IMG/VR virus record: IMGVR_UViG_3300020045_002743
Coordinates: 27,263-91,262 of that record
Direction: 5' to 3' (one strand)
DNA length: 64,000 bases
DNA from: a virus
A program made the translations under genes and the position numbers. Shown piece by piece: positions 37,152 to 47,558 of this stretch (its first letter is position 1; each line of letters begins with the position of its first letter). Under the pieces are notes generated by a model, which saw only the letters and a list, made by a program, of their open reading frames with translations, was not told the DNA's origin and ran no database searches.

Positions 37152-37418
37152 TTATTGTCCTTGTCCATGTTGATAGAAGTATTTAACATCACCTGTGTTG
37201 ATGTAATGCCTAACAGCTTCAAGCGCTTCTGATACATACAGCTTATACCTAGAATTAACAAAATACCGCATATCTTCACCTAGGATAGAATTGAACGCAT
37301 CTTCAGTGTATGTAGTATGAGAGAAAGATCCTGTCTTGTGGGTCCATAATTTCTCTGGCAGAATCATACCTTTCAAACCAGAGAGGCTTAGGTTTTGGTT
37401 TAAACGTAAACATATCAT
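37152..37418 (-). CDS. hypothetical protein
   Basis: 88-aa ORF coupled to neighbours. Confidence 0.55.
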   Translation of the reverse strand: MICLRLNQNLSLSGLKGMILPEKLWTHKTGSFSHTTYTEDAFNSILGEDMRYFVNSRYKLYVSEALEAVRHYINTGDVKYFYQHGQGQ

Positions 37419-37624
37419 TCCTCCAAATTAGTAACTTTGACACTACTCTCGAAAGTCTTTTCTAAATCCTTCAGACTCTTATTAATCACTTGTTGCTTTT
37501 GTTCAATTACACTCACACCACCTTCAAGCTGAGACTTCTTCCAGTCTAAATACAAGTAACCACCTAGTAGCACTGTGGCTAAGAGGAAGAGTGTGGCTGC
37601 AATGTCTACGAGAGGGCCTTTCAT
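37415..37624 (-). CDS. small membrane protein
   Basis: N-terminal TM. Confidence 0.55.
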   Translation of the reverse strand: MKGPLVDIAATLFLLATVLLGGYLYLDWKKSQLEGGVSVIEQKQQVINKSLKDLEKTFESSVKVTNLEE

Positions 37625-37787
37625 GGTTCAATCTCCTCAAGCTCATCAGAATAAGCCAGCCACAAATAACCGTTCACACACTCAGTGATGTATGTATTAG
37701 GTCTGTCTAGGCACTTTATCCAAACTTTCATACCGTGCCTTTTATGCCAATAAGATTTACCCAATTCAAAATTCATTTTATTTCTCC

Positions 37788-38426
37788 TCAATCCCACCAA
37801 GACAGAAGCTTACGCTCCATTAACTTACAAGCCAATTTTAGATCATCCTTACGCTGTTGTCCTGTTAATTTGTAGAATTGTCGGGGATTTCTGTAGCTTG
37901 GGAGCGTATTAGGTTTGTTGGCTAGGCTACGGCACCAGAACTCTCCTTCTCCAGTAAATTCTACCTTATCTTCTGTGTAATTATCATCTCGTACACGCTC
38001 AAGAACATGAGCAAATACTTTCAATTCTTGAGCCACCTTCAAATGCCCAACGTGATGACCATATTTCTCTTGAACCTCTGACATATCCTTAGCAGACATA
38101 ACCATGAAATTCATCATTCCTGAATAATCCCATGAGCGATAGTTCCAAAGACACTTACGGAATAGCCATAAATTCTTGAAGAACTTCCAAATTGTTGCTG
38201 TACGGATATTGAACCATACATCAGGAATAAACATTACAACATTCTGTGCTTTATTAATTCCTTCAGTGGTGATCCAATTAATGATTGGGGATTTCTCAGC
38301 AGATTCCTTCTTATATTTAGCCCAATCCTGTGCGGACAGGGCATAATGGTTCTCTAGTCCGAATTTAGTACGGATGTATTTGGAGAATCGGCTAAGACTC
38401 CAGTACTGGTAACGTTGACGATACAT
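37788..38426 (-). CDS. conserved hypothetical protein
   Basis: GGAGAG RBS at ATG 38426; W.YRSWDY and terminal WWD motifs. Confidence 0.65.
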   Translation of the reverse strand: MYRQRYQYWSLSRFSKYIRTKFGLENHYALSAQDWAKYKKESAEKSPIINWITTEGINKAQNVVMFIPDVWFNIRTATIWKFFKNLWLFRKCLWNYRSWDYSGMMNFMVMSAKDMSEVQEKYGHHVGHLKVAQELKVFAHVLERVRDDNYTEDKVEFTGEGEFWCRSLANKPNTLPSYRNPRQFYKLTGQQRKDDLKLACKLMERKLLSWWD

Positions 38427-38445
38427 TTTATCTCTCCCAATAAAA

Positions 38446-38467
38446 ATACCCCGCACAATGCGGGGTT
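38446..38467 (-). terminator. intrinsic terminator after nrdB
   Basis: ACCCCGCA/TGCGGGGT hairpin followed by T-run on minus strand. Confidence 0.7.
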
Positions 38468-38473
38468 TAATTG

Positions 38474-39442
38474 TTAACTTAATTTATACATCTCGTAAGC
38501 CGGTGTAAAGCTTCCTCCTAAGTTTGCTTTGGCATACTCAACAATGCTACGCTCAAAAAATGATCCAAATGTTTTACCCATCATTGCGTCAATCCATGGG
38601 AGTGGGTTCTCTTTAACATTCCAGTTCTTCTTAAACCCTAACTGTTGAAGACGATAGTCAGCTACGTAACGAACATATTTTTTAACATCCTCTTTTAATA
38701 GGTTGCTAACACCGCCCATTTTAAAAATTCGATCAACAAAGGCATCCTCCAACTTTACAAGTTCGCGTGCAGAAGAATAAATATCTTTCTTGAACTCATC
38801 ATTTACAATTCTAGGATGTTCATCTAGAAAGATACGAAACAATGCAGTGTTGCCTTCTACGTGAATTGATTCGTCAACCATACTCCACCGAACAATATCA
38901 CACATTCCAGGCAGCTTACCAAGACGGTCAAAGTTTAGCAAGATGGCGAAAGATGCAAACAAACTCACGCCCTCCATCATCGTCTGTTTGGCCAGATACT
39001 TAGCAAAGTCTGTATGACTTTTACCAATACTCTCAATCATGTATTCATGCTTTTCTTTCATCTCTATATAATCAAGAAACTCGTGATAAAAACTTTCCCC
39101 AAAACCCATCGTATCAGAGAACAGTGCATACGCCCGGATGTGCGTACCCTCCCTAGCAGCAAAGCTCCCTAACATAGAACGTGCTTCATTGTTCTTAATG
39201 TAGGGAATGATCTTATCGTAATAGCCTTGGCCCACATTTACATCCGACTGAGTGAACAGGCGAAAGATGTTAGAAGTGAGGTTCTTCTCTTCAGGTAGAA
39301 TCTTACCGTTCTTCCACTGCTCAACATCGGTGTTCAACTTAGCTTCATGTTCATACCAATGCACCTTTTCATGCTTGATATTTATATCGACTAAGCTGTG
39401 GTATTTTGGCGAATAAATCTCGCTGTATTCTGTGAGGCTCAT
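38474..39442 (-). CDS. nrdB: ribonucleotide reductase class I beta subunit
   Basis: FTQSD, E..H..AY, EG..LFASF, DESIH di-metal and tyrosyl motifs. Confidence 0.95.
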   Translation of the reverse strand: MSLTEYSEIYSPKYHSLVDINIKHEKVHWYEHEAKLNTDVEQWKNGKILPEEKNLTSNIFRLFTQSDVNVGQGYYDKIIPYIKNNEARSMLGSFAAREGTHIRAYALFSDTMGFGESFYHEFLDYIEMKEKHEYMIESIGKSHTDFAKYLAKQTMMEGVSLFASFAILLNFDRLGKLPGMCDIVRWSMVDESIHVEGNTALFRIFLDEHPRIVNDEFKKDIYSSARELVKLEDAFVDRIFKMGGVSNLLKEDVKKYVRYVADYRLQQLGFKKNWNVKENPLPWIDAMMGKTFGSFFERSIVEYAKANLGGSFTPAYEMYKLS

Positions 39443-39461
39443 TTGTGCTCCTTAATTAATT

Positions 39462-41324
39462 TCAACCGCTGCAAGCTGCACATTCCTCACCAACTTCTGG
39501 TGTCCAGTCTGTGATAGCCTTACGCTCAATTTCCTTAGCAACGTCTGCGTTGATGCCCCGTTCCATACGAGCATAGTACATACTCTTGGAGTAAGGTGCA
39601 AGCAAAAACTTCAAATGTACGGAGTTAAAGTAGCTACGATCACAACCAGCAGGGTAGAATGTATTCAAACTCTGGCTCTGACATACATACTGCGCTCGTG
39701 CATCTGATTGTTCGATAATCCAGTGCTGGTCAATCTCTGCCCCTGTCTTAAAAACAAGCTTATCTTTTTCTTCCATAAACTCTAGGTTTTGAACGCTGCC
39801 ATTATCTTTGGCAATAAACTTTTCTTGATCGTCAACCCAGCTTGCCACTTTGTCTTCTGCAATACCCAGCTTGCTTGCATACTCTGTCAGCTTAGCTGTC
39901 AAGTGTGGATTCTTAACTGTAAATGTACCTGCACGAGTTGAGTGACTGTATACGTTACCACTCACAGGCTCAATACTAGGACTTTCACCAAGAATTACTG
40001 CGTTATTACTATTAGGTGCAATAGCCATCAATGCAGAGTTACGAAGACCTGAGCCAAGCATATCAGATGGTTCACCACGTTCTTTTGCAAGCTTCTTGCT
40101 TTCACTCAGAGCTTTTTCTTTAATCAGCTTGTAAATCTTATGTGTCTCTTGGATAGCACTCCCAAAACCGCCACCTTCCATTGGAATACCTTTGGACTGT
40201 AGGTAGTAGTGCCAAGAAAGCGTCCCAATTCCGATGGCTCGCTCCATCTTAGCCGAGTAAATCGCTTTATTAAGCTCTTCTGGTGCATTGTCAATAAAGT
40301 ATTGAAGTACATTATCCAGAAACCGAGTCAAGTCTTCTACAAGGTTAGTATCTTTCCAAGCATCAAATTTAGCCAAGTTAAGGCTGCTTAAGCAGCAAAC
40401 AAAAGTCCGGTCTTCATTTGTAGGGAGCGTCACTTCAATACAGATGTTGCTTCCCTTAATTTCTAAACCTTTATCTTTCTGTGTTTGTGGTAGAGCACGG
40501 TTTGCAGTGTCAATTTTAAAGATGTAGGGTTCGCCTTGCAAAGCGCGGGCTTCAAGAATCTCTTCCCAAATAGCACGGGCCTTTACAACTTGCTTGATAT
40601 CGCCTGTGTGTGGACACACCAATTCAAAGTCTTCATCGTCAACAACAGCTTGTGTAAATTTATCTGTCACGTTTACGGCATGGTGAAACTGAACTCGGTT
40701 GTCGGCCTTACGAGCGGAGTCACCACCACTTGGGATTCGGAACTTGATATGCTCCATAATATCTGGGTGGCTTACATCCATATAGTAAGCACAAGCACCA
40801 CGACGGGTCTTGCCTTGCTTGTAGTAACCAATGATAGCGTCCATGGTTTTCATATATGGGATAGGACCGGGTGCCTTGTCTGTAGTTGCCCGAATACTGT
40901 TATGAAGACCTACACCGCCACCAGCAACAGACAAGGCAGCAAGTTCAACATTAGCTTTCATTTGCCCTTTAATGCTGTCAGGAACTTCTAGAGCGAAGCA
41001 ACTGATAGGCATTGCTGTTGAATTCTCACCATCCCACATCCACTTTTGATTCCACTCGGTATTGTCACCAAACACATTACCTACATAATTCCACTTACCA
41101 ACTGGTGCGTTACTAAGCACTGGGCTGGCGAACATGAACCAGCCTTTGTGGGCAGCTTCGTAAATCCGTTGTGCTAGATCATAATCCCCATAACAGAAAG
41201 CTTCTGAAGCTCGTGCAAGCGCATCATTAAACGTTTCACCTTTTTCAAGATAAAAGCCATCAAGTAGTGCGTTAGAGAAATCATTAATATATTCTGGTTG
41301 GTGTTCAAACTTTGTAATACTCAA
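39462..41324 (-). CDS. nrdA: ribonucleotide reductase class I alpha subunit
   Basis: PISCF, SNICIE, VCCLSS, AIAPN, C-terminal CAAC. Confidence 0.95.
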   Translation of the reverse strand: MSITKFEHQPEYINDFSNALLDGFYLEKGETFNDALARASEAFCYGDYDLAQRIYEAAHKGWFMFASPVLSNAPVGKWNYVGNVFGDNTEWNQKWMWDGENSTAMPISCFALEVPDSIKGQMKANVELAALSVAGGGVGLHNSIRATTDKAPGPIPYMKTMDAIIGYYKQGKTRRGACAYYMDVSHPDIMEHIKFRIPSGGDSARKADNRVQFHHAVNVTDKFTQAVVDDEDFELVCPHTGDIKQVVKARAIWEEILEARALQGEPYIFKIDTANRALPQTQKDKGLEIKGSNICIEVTLPTNEDRTFVCCLSSLNLAKFDAWKDTNLVEDLTRFLDNVLQYFIDNAPEELNKAIYSAKMERAIGIGTLSWHYYLQSKGIPMEGGGFGSAIQETHKIYKLIKEKALSESKKLAKERGEPSDMLGSGLRNSALMAIAPNSNNAVILGESPSIEPVSGNVYSHSTRAGTFTVKNPHLTAKLTEYASKLGIAEDKVASWVDDQEKFIAKDNGSVQNLEFMEEKDKLVFKTGAEIDQHWIIEQSDARAQYVCQSQSLNTFYPAGCDRSYFNSVHLKFLLAPYSKSMYYARMERGINADVAKEIERKAITDWTPEVGEECAACSG

Positions 41325-41337
41325 AACTTACTCCTTA

Positions 41338-41709
41338 TTAATTATCTGACTGGATTCCGTGTTTCTGAGCATAGTCTAGCGAATCACCCGTTGACCACAT
41401 CTTGCTCATATTCTTGAGGTCAATACGTAGGTCTAAACTAGAGTGCTCCACAACGTTATTCCACGTCGCATTACCACTACTAAGCCATTCATGTGAACTA
41501 AGTTCGTGACCTTGGTACATCAAACAGTTCACTACTTTGCCTTGAAGATTACGGTGCTGACAGACAACTTCCTCAACTCCCATAGACACGTCAAAACCAT
41601 TTTGTTCAAGAATCTTATAGATGGTTTGTTTATCGTCCTTACCGAAAGCTTCAGCAAAGTTATCAACAAGCATCAAATCACTAAGTGACAGATTAAATCC
41701 AATACTCAT
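41338..41709 (-). CDS. hypothetical protein
   Basis: 123-aa ORF in operon. Confidence 0.6.
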   Translation of the reverse strand: MSIGFNLSLSDLMLVDNFAEAFGKDDKQTIYKILEQNGFDVSMGVEEVVCQHRNLQGKVVNCLMYQGHELSSHEWLSSGNATWNNVVEHSSLDLRIDLKNMSKMWSTGDSLDYAQKHGIQSDN

Positions 41710-41903
41710 ACTTCTACCCCATCTGCCAAATCTTGCTGAAAATACTCAAACGCGCTAATGTCTTCACTGAGAGCTAATTCAATATCCTCAATAGTATCAA
41801 CAATGTAACGGGCTGACTCACTAATACTCATTCCAAGACGAACCATGTACAGATTCTGTAGTTCTTGAATGAAGTTGGAAATTGTGTAATCAAAGTCTTT
41901 CAT
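41706..41903 (-). CDS. hypothetical protein
   Basis: GGAG RBS at ATG 41903. Confidence 0.55.
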   Translation of the reverse strand: MKDFDYTISNFIQELQNLYMVRLGMSISESARYIVDTIEDIELALSEDISAFEYFQQDLADGVEV

Positions 41904-41904
41904 T

Positions 41905-42165
41905 TTATTTCTCCCGATTAAAAGCTTTACGCGCATCGTCTGTACGAGATAGGATTGGTGCTGCCAATGAACGAACAGATGTCAAGAATTGACGCAGGTC
42001 TTTTTCATAAGGCTTTAAGTAATGTTGACCACATTGTTCATAGAACATCTTAATGAAAGCATCGTCACCATACCCCGCTAAAGCATCCAAGGCACGAAGC
42101 TCTCCTTCTGTAACTGTAAACTGGATTGTTACTTCAACTTTAGGAATCTCAACAAGTTGTGCCAT
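41905..42165 (-). CDS. hypothetical protein
   Basis: ELRALDALAGYG.D.F motif; in operon. Confidence 0.6.
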   Translation of the reverse strand: MAQLVEIPKVEVTIQFTVTEGELRALDALAGYGDDAFIKMFYEQCGQHYLKPYEKDLRQFLTSVRSLAAPILSRTDDARKAFNREK

Positions 42166-42831
42166 TTATTTCTCCATAACTTCTTTAAGGAAGGGGAAGT
42201 ATTTTACCACTTCTTCTTTACATTTGATAGCTACATCTTGATGTTCTAATTGTGTTCCGTTGGCTTTGCGTAGGGAACAATAGTGTAGCCAGCTACGAAC
42301 ACTGCCATTCATGTACATCTTACTCATTGTCAAACCTTCTGGAAGGATAACACGAGCAACCTCTTTTGCCAAACCATTATCTAAAGCCCATTTGTAAACT
42401 TCTTTTGTCTTTTCTAAAAGCTCTTCTTGTTTGTATTGCCACAGGTTCTGAGCATAAAGATTATCTTCTGGTAGACTATTTTGTCGATTCTTTGGGTCTT
42501 GTTTACGAGCTTCTCGGATAATAAAGTCTGTACTTTCTGCATACCGCTGGCTGAACTCTTGGAAACTAAAGCTGCGATGGCGAAGAATTTGTCGTGCAAT
42601 ATCCCGTGGAGCTTCAATCTCCATTGTAATGTTACAGGTTTCAAATACTGAATAGTGTTGGTGTTCTACGCAATACTTCAGAAGCTTTGCTGCTGTATCA
42701 AAGTTACTTTGGTTCTGTGGTGCGCTTACTCGTGCTGCGTATGAGATAATACCTTCACTATCTGGAATATCCTCTACAACAGGTTGTGTCACCCCAATTA
42801 CACGGCACTTAATAAAATCAAACATCCCCAC
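42166..42831 (-). CDS. thyX: flavin-dependent thymidylate synthase
   Basis: RHRSFSFQEFSQRY ThyX motif; H.SVFE; EVAR..LP. Confidence 0.95.
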   Translation of the reverse strand: MGMFDFIKCRVIGVTQPVVEDIPDSEGIISYAARVSAPQNQSNFDTAAKLLKYCVEHQHYSVFETCNITMEIEAPRDIARQILRHRSFSFQEFSQRYAESTDFIIREARKQDPKNRQNSLPEDNLYAQNLWQYKQEELLEKTKEVYKWALDNGLAKEVARVILPEGLTMSKMYMNGSVRSWLHYCSLRKANGTQLEHQDVAIKCKEEVVKYFPFLKEVMEK

Positions 42832-42969
42832 TCTCCTCCAATTCTTCCAAACACTCTTCCCAACTCAACGGAAGATCTTTATAAAGTTCCCAAGCTAACC
42901 CTGTAGCAACTAATTCATTATAATATTCTTTTGTTCTTACGTCAACCTTCCAATTCATTGTGGGCTTAG

Positions 42970-43464
42970 TCATTGCATCTCCTTTGGGATAAACTTATCC
43001 AATTCTACAGCAACAAATCCTACAGGTTTAGCAATCTTACCATCTTGACGACGAACAGTGTAGAAAGAAAGATTATTCAAAACAGAAGTTTCAATATAAT
43101 ACTCTTTATCATCACGTTCTTCAAGTTTCTCTTTAGCTTCACACGCTTCGTAGAAAGAATTGAAAATCTTATTTTGATTGTTGTCAATGATTTGTTGAAT
43201 GCCGCCCTCTACATCAAACCCAGCTTTCTCAAGCATATCAAGAAGTTTAGACAGGATAACGAAGACATCAACTGCACCATCCAACAACTCAGTCATATCT
43301 CCATACTTGATTGCATCGACTGTTTCTTGTGTCTCTTCAAGCAACAGAGCAGTCTGTAGGGTTACTGCACTCTCCCAATCAATCGTCCCAAACTCATGAT
43401 CTTTTACACCAGCTTTCTTGTTCCAATCAATGATTTGATTGTAGTAGTCTTGCAAGTTGTTCAC
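42970..43464 (-). CDS. MazG-like NTP pyrophosphohydrolase
   Basis: LLEE..E...A....E.LD...D; DGKI.KP. Confidence 0.7.
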   Translation of the reverse strand: MNNLQDYYNQIIDWNKKAGVKDHEFGTIDWESAVTLQTALLLEETQETVDAIKYGDMTELLDGAVDVFVILSKLLDMLEKAGFDVEGGIQQIIDNNQNKIFNSFYEACEAKEKLEERDDKEYYIETSVLNNLSFYTVRRQDGKIAKPVGFVAVELDKFIPKEMQ

Positions 43465-43473
43465 GCTTTCTCC

Positions 43474-43656
43474 TTAATTCAACGCTTCAAATACTGATTT
43501 CATAACTTCAATTGTATCATTAAAGTTTTCAATTGTAGCTTCATAATCCTCTTCTTCCATATCGAAGTAAGTATCCTTGAACAATTCTTTCTCAAACTCA
43601 ACGAAGCTTACCAATTCTTCAGCTCGTTGTTTACTAATATTGATTACGCTCATCAC
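43474..43656 (-). CDS. small acidic hypothetical protein
   Basis: AAGGAG RBS. Confidence 0.5.
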   Translation of the reverse strand: MMSVINISKQRAEELVSFVEFEKELFKDTYFDMEEEDYEATIENFNDTIEVMKSVFEALN

Positions 43657-43663
43657 CTTCTCC

Positions 43664-44218
43664 TTAATTTAAATATTGATCACAGAAATCTTCCACACTG
43701 AAGCTTTCCCAATCATCAATCACATAACCAACACCACACGTTTCATTCTGTGAATAAGGTGTCTTGTAAAACACCCTCTTATGCTGATCAAATCCTTGAA
43801 GATTATCCAAGCGATCATCTATCATAGCGCATACTGAGTTATTCATCAAGAACTTTTCTTTAGTTGCTATGTATCCCTTGAGAAATGGGAAGTGATCCTT
43901 AAGCCAATAGTATTTCTCTTTATTGTGCTTACCTTTAATTGCTGAGATAAACACAATATCAAAGTAAGTACTCAATTGTTCAAGTTTCTCTACAGAGCCT
44001 TTCAGTGGCTGAAACTGTGAGTATTCAAGAGAGCGCCAGTATTCAAATGGATCTTGTTCACGAGGAAAATACTTACTCAGATCATAATGCCTTTTACTAC
44101 CATAGACAGAGTAAGGCAAGACATCCTCTCGTTTAGATCGTTGAACTAACCAATCTAGCCATCCAACATCACTTGGACATACTGTTAGGTCAACATCTAC
44201 ACCAATAATACGGCTCAT
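43664..44218 (-). CDS. HAD-family 5'(3')-deoxyribonucleotidase
   Basis: GVDVDLTV motif I; K..WL..HFPF; MIDDR..N. Confidence 0.8.
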   Translation of the reverse strand: MSRIIGVDVDLTVCPSDVGWLDWLVQRSKREDVLPYSVYGSKRHYDLSKYFPREQDPFEYWRSLEYSQFQPLKGSVEKLEQLSTYFDIVFISAIKGKHNKEKYYWLKDHFPFLKGYIATKEKFLMNNSVCAMIDDRLDNLQGFDQHKRVFYKTPYSQNETCGVGYVIDDWESFSVEDFCDQYLN

Positions 44219-44787
44219 TTAATACGCCCTGTCAACACAAGCTCAAGCTCAGCCAATACGTTGAAAGCTGTATGAGCCAGATGAACAATATTACTCTCTT
44301 CATCAGTCCGCTCAATAGCCGGTACACCTTGAGCTTTCTGAATAAACCCCTTCACTCGATGACGACTAGCAGCAGCAGAGAATTCGGTTTCAGCATTAGG
44401 AAGGCTCTTGAAGTCATTAGGTTTATACCCTTTATTCTCCTCAGCCCAACCCATTACTTTAGCAATCTCTAGAATAGCGTTAGGGAAGCCCTCATCGAAG
44501 AGTTGCATCTTTACCTTACCAACTTTACGTTCTTCTAGGACAGGACGTTGGATATTTGATTCGGAATCTACATGTTCCTTAGTCTTGATTAGAATGAAAC
44601 GATCAACGTCCCAACCATTCGCACCTTTAATGTTCCCACCATTATTTTGTGGGTAATCCTTGAGTGCTACATAGCGAAAGTTATCATCTACAAAATAGTC
44701 ATAAACTTCCCATTTGGAACCTTCTGGAAGTGATTCCCCATTTCCCCTCACTACCTGTACCCAATCTCCCTCTTTATAATCAATCAT
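44215..44787 (-). CDS. dATP/dGTP diphosphohydrolase-like (DUF5664-type) protein
   Basis: K....L....P.A...IA.V..W...KY..N; AA.RH; DEES...HLAH.A.N. Confidence 0.65.
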   Translation of the reverse strand: MIDYKEGDWVQVVRGNGESLPEGSKWEVYDYFVDDNFRYVALKDYPQNNGGNIKGANGWDVDRFILIKTKEHVDSESNIQRPVLEERKVGKVKMQLFDEGFPNAILEIAKVMGWAEENKGYKPNDFKSLPNAETEFSAAASRHRVKGFIQKAQGVPAIERTDEESNIVHLAHTAFNVLAELELVLTGRIK

Positions 44788-44943
44788 CAACACTCTCCTC
44801 ATTCTGTTTAGCAATATTCTTCAATTTCTGTATTTGGTCGAGCATGTTCTCTTGTTGCTGGCGGAGATTATGAACTTGCTTGCTAAGGTTGTCAACAGTT
44901 AATTCTAGAATTTCAATTGTCTTGTACAGTTTGTAGTCGATCA

Positions 44944-45594
44944 TTACTCCCTCCCATCTTTAAGATATCCAAAATACTTCATTTCAGCCGCTTGTCTTGC
45001 CGCATAGGCGGCTTCAACAGTTTTAAAGTATCCGAGCTTGATAAATTTCTTATCTACAGTAATGTAAGCCTCCCAAGAGTCTCTTGCAGAATAGTAACTA
45101 ACTCCTGTATAGCCTGATGTGTTGAGATTACTCTTTCTACGATTGTATTGTTGTGTAGATTTATCAACCCACCTACAATTGTCTTTACAGTAAGGACCAT
45201 TAACATCCGTCCTGTCTAATTCCAGATTATCGGAATAACCTTCTTGCATGTCACCCCAAAACCCTTCAAAAGACTCCCAAGATTCACAGTATGTAATACC
45301 CCTTGGTCCATAATCTTTGAAATCATCAGAGTTACATCTATTTTTCATTGAACCCCAAATACGATGAGGGCGTGTATTACTCATTCCATGTGTTCTCGGG
45401 AGATTCTTAATTTCTTCATAGTAACAGCCGCAGGAAGTGGAGTCTCCATTCTTCAACAAAAATCCTAGTACTGCACGTTCAGTACCACAATCACACAAAC
45501 AATTCCAACTTGCATTTTTACCAACCAAACCTGCATAAGATAGGACGTTCCATCGTCCAAATGCAAGTCCTTCTAGTTTTGATCTTACCGGCAT
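44944..45594 (-). CDS. HNH/AP2-domain homing endonuclease
   Basis: CLCDCG..SCGC, YGPRGI, LDRTDVNGPY..DNCRW, AP2-like C-terminus. Confidence 0.88.
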   Translation of the reverse strand: MPVRSKLEGLAFGRWNVLSYAGLVGKNASWNCLCDCGTERAVLGFLLKNGDSTSCGCYYEEIKNLPRTHGMSNTRPHRIWGSMKNRCNSDDFKDYGPRGITYCESWESFEGFWGDMQEGYSDNLELDRTDVNGPYCKDNCRWVDKSTQQYNRRKSNLNTSGYTGVSYYSARDSWEAYITVDKKFIKLGYFKTVEAAYAARQAAEMKYFGYLKDGRE

Positions 45595-45602
45595 ATCACC
45601 CT

Positions 45603-46547
45603 CTACACAATATTAGCTAACAAGCTTTGGCGTTTTTCTTTGCTCAATAGGTTTGTTTTACCTCGACGGAACTGACCTGTTTGAACATTACGATAACATT
45701 GATATTTGGCGCTGTTGGAAAATACAAAACCATCCTCCACCCAAACATTTTGTTCTTCTACTTCATCGTTATGAACAGAGAAATTAGGAAGTTTAGTGTC
45801 CCAAACACACAATTTCTCGTACAACTCTTGAAGAGACAAAACATCAAGCTTGTTGTATTCTTCAATTTCCTCAAAAGCTTCAATATTACCCAGCAAACAT
45901 TGGCGCCACAATTCATAACCAGCAAACTTACCGTGCGTACTCTTCTTGTACTTAGTACAGAGAAGATCTGTCATATATTCAAGTTTGTGGCTAGTGAAAG
46001 CAAACGAGCGCTTAGACTGTTCCAATGTATCAATCTGGCGATAAGGCGATGGCGGCGGAAATCCATGCTCAATGAATTTCGCGTTAATTTTCTTAGTATC
46101 AAATCGTTTACTATTCTGACCAACAATATAATGAGCTTCGTTCATCAAAGTCCAGATTGTTTTAAGAATCTCTTTATCATCATACATGTCTACAGCATTA
46201 CGCTTGTCCATGTAAAACAATTCGTCCGAGTCCCCCCACTTTGCACAAAAACTTAACAAAAACCAGTCACGCTCAATCTGATTCAAGGAGAAGTTTTGAT
46301 CAAACAACCTCCAACCCGCCAAGCTGAGACTGGAAGTTTCAATGTCAATAAATAACACTCGTGGTCCCGATTTTACATTTTCATTTGAAACTTCATCATT
46401 GGCAAACATCTTTTTTACTGTAGACAAATAATCATTAATTGTTGATTTACCTTTACCAAGAATTCGTCCAATAGTTCGACTAGACAAACCTTGCTCTTTT
46501 AGTTTTAAAGCTTCTTCATGCCAATTACTCAAACCAATTCCCCTCAA
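45603..46547 (-). CDS. DnaQ/RNase H-like 3'-5' exonuclease with N-terminal HTH
   Basis: FIDIET, GQN...FD, YN..DV. Confidence 0.8.
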   Translation of the reverse strand: MRGIGLSNWHEEALKLKEQGLSSRTIGRILGKGKSTINDYLSTVKKMFANDEVSNENVKSGPRVLFIDIETSSLSLAGWRLFDQNFSLNQIERDWFLLSFCAKWGDSDELFYMDKRNAVDMYDDKEILKTIWTLMNEAHYIVGQNSKRFDTKKINAKFIEHGFPPPSPYRQIDTLEQSKRSFAFTSHKLEYMTDLLCTKYKKSTHGKFAGYELWRQCLLGNIEAFEEIEEYNKLDVLSLQELYEKLCVWDTKLPNFSVHNDEVEEQNVWVEDGFVFSNSAKYQCYRNVQTGQFRRGKTNLLSKEKRQSLLANIV

Positions 46548-46786
46548 TTATTCAAATGAAATTCATGACGCTTACGTAGATCCACATACAACTTGAATAG
46601 ATCCTTATTCATAACCGTCAAGCTCTCTACAACTTCGTACTTATCTCTAACAGACAATGTATTAAACTCATCTAACACTTCATCAAGCTTATTATGGAAG
46701 TCTGTAATGATTTCCTGTGGTTCTCTGTTAGATGCAGCAGCTTGTACAACCTTCTTAGGAAATAACTCTCTGACGTCTCCCATCAC
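46544..46786 (-). CDS. hypothetical protein
   Basis: Coupled ORF in operon. Confidence 0.55.
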   Translation of the reverse strand: MMGDVRELFPKKVVQAAASNREPQEIITDFHNKLDEVLDEFNTLSVRDKYEVVESLTVMNKDLFKLYVDLRKRHEFHLNN

Positions 46787-47004
46787 AAACCTCCAAGATA
46801 CTTAATGGCAATATCCTTGTATTGTTCGTCCGTAAGCTCTTTAATTTGAGACGTCTTGACACCATCGTATTGCATATCATGCCACTTGGCGCCGCTTCCG
46901 TCTACAAACTTGATGACATAAACAAGATCAACTTCATCCCAACAGACGATACGACAGATAGCCTCAGTCTCAGCATCAACTACGAACTTACCTATATTAC
47001 TCAT
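46783..47004 (-). CDS. hypothetical protein
   Basis: Coupled ORF in operon. Confidence 0.55.
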   Translation of the reverse strand: MSNIGKFVVDAETEAICRIVCWDEVDLVYVIKFVDGSGAKWHDMQYDGVKTSQIKELTDEQYKDIAIKYLGGL

Positions 47005-47152
47005 AACTAAAACCCAAACACAGAAGTGTCAATACAAGTGAGCCACACATAAAAGAATGTATAGTATTGAACCAGAGTATTGATAACCAGATAATGCCCA
47101 TCAAAGTTATCAATCTGTGACATTGATAGAGTAATGTTATCTTTAAGTGACA

Positions 47153-47371
47153 TTATTTGAACTCCCGATCAAATTCTTCGTTAGTTGATAGAGACACACG
47201 CCTTACATATTCTTCGAGTTTGGTTGCATCTACATCATTGCAATTTACAAAATCACTGTTGATAATGTAAGGTTTTTGTTGTTCAAGAAGTAGCTCAAGA
47301 ATCTTATCAACCTTTGCAGTCAATGAACCAATTTGAATACTTAGTTCTGTGTAAACTTCATTCTTTTTCAT
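47153..47371 (-). CDS. hypothetical protein
   Basis: Coupled ORF in operon. Confidence 0.5.
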   Translation of the reverse strand: MKKNEVYTELSIQIGSLTAKVDKILELLLEQQKPYIINSDFVNCNDVDATKLEEYVRRVSLSTNEEFDREFK

Positions 47372-47558
47372 TCGATTCTTTCCATTTATTGGTTAGAAGA
47401 TACCAATCTGTACCACGCGTCTTATCCCAAACCGATAACACTCCTTTACTAAAAGTCTGTACATCCACTTGAGTATGGTTGCCTAGTGAACCTGATACTA
47501 GAAGTGCAATTACACTTCGGATTGCTTCGTCAAAATCACCTTCAATTTTCTTGCTCAT
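47358..47558 (-). CDS. hypothetical protein
   Basis: AGGAG RBS; in operon. Confidence 0.5.
   Translation of the reverse strand: MSKKIEGDFDEAIRSVIALLVSGSLGNHTQVDVQTFSKGVLSVWDKTRGTDWYLLTNKWKESNEKE

Noticed and set aside
44780-44944. Two adjacent minus-strand ORFs both starting MIDYK
   Set aside because: Only 5 residues match; could be chance or an old insertion scar, not supportable
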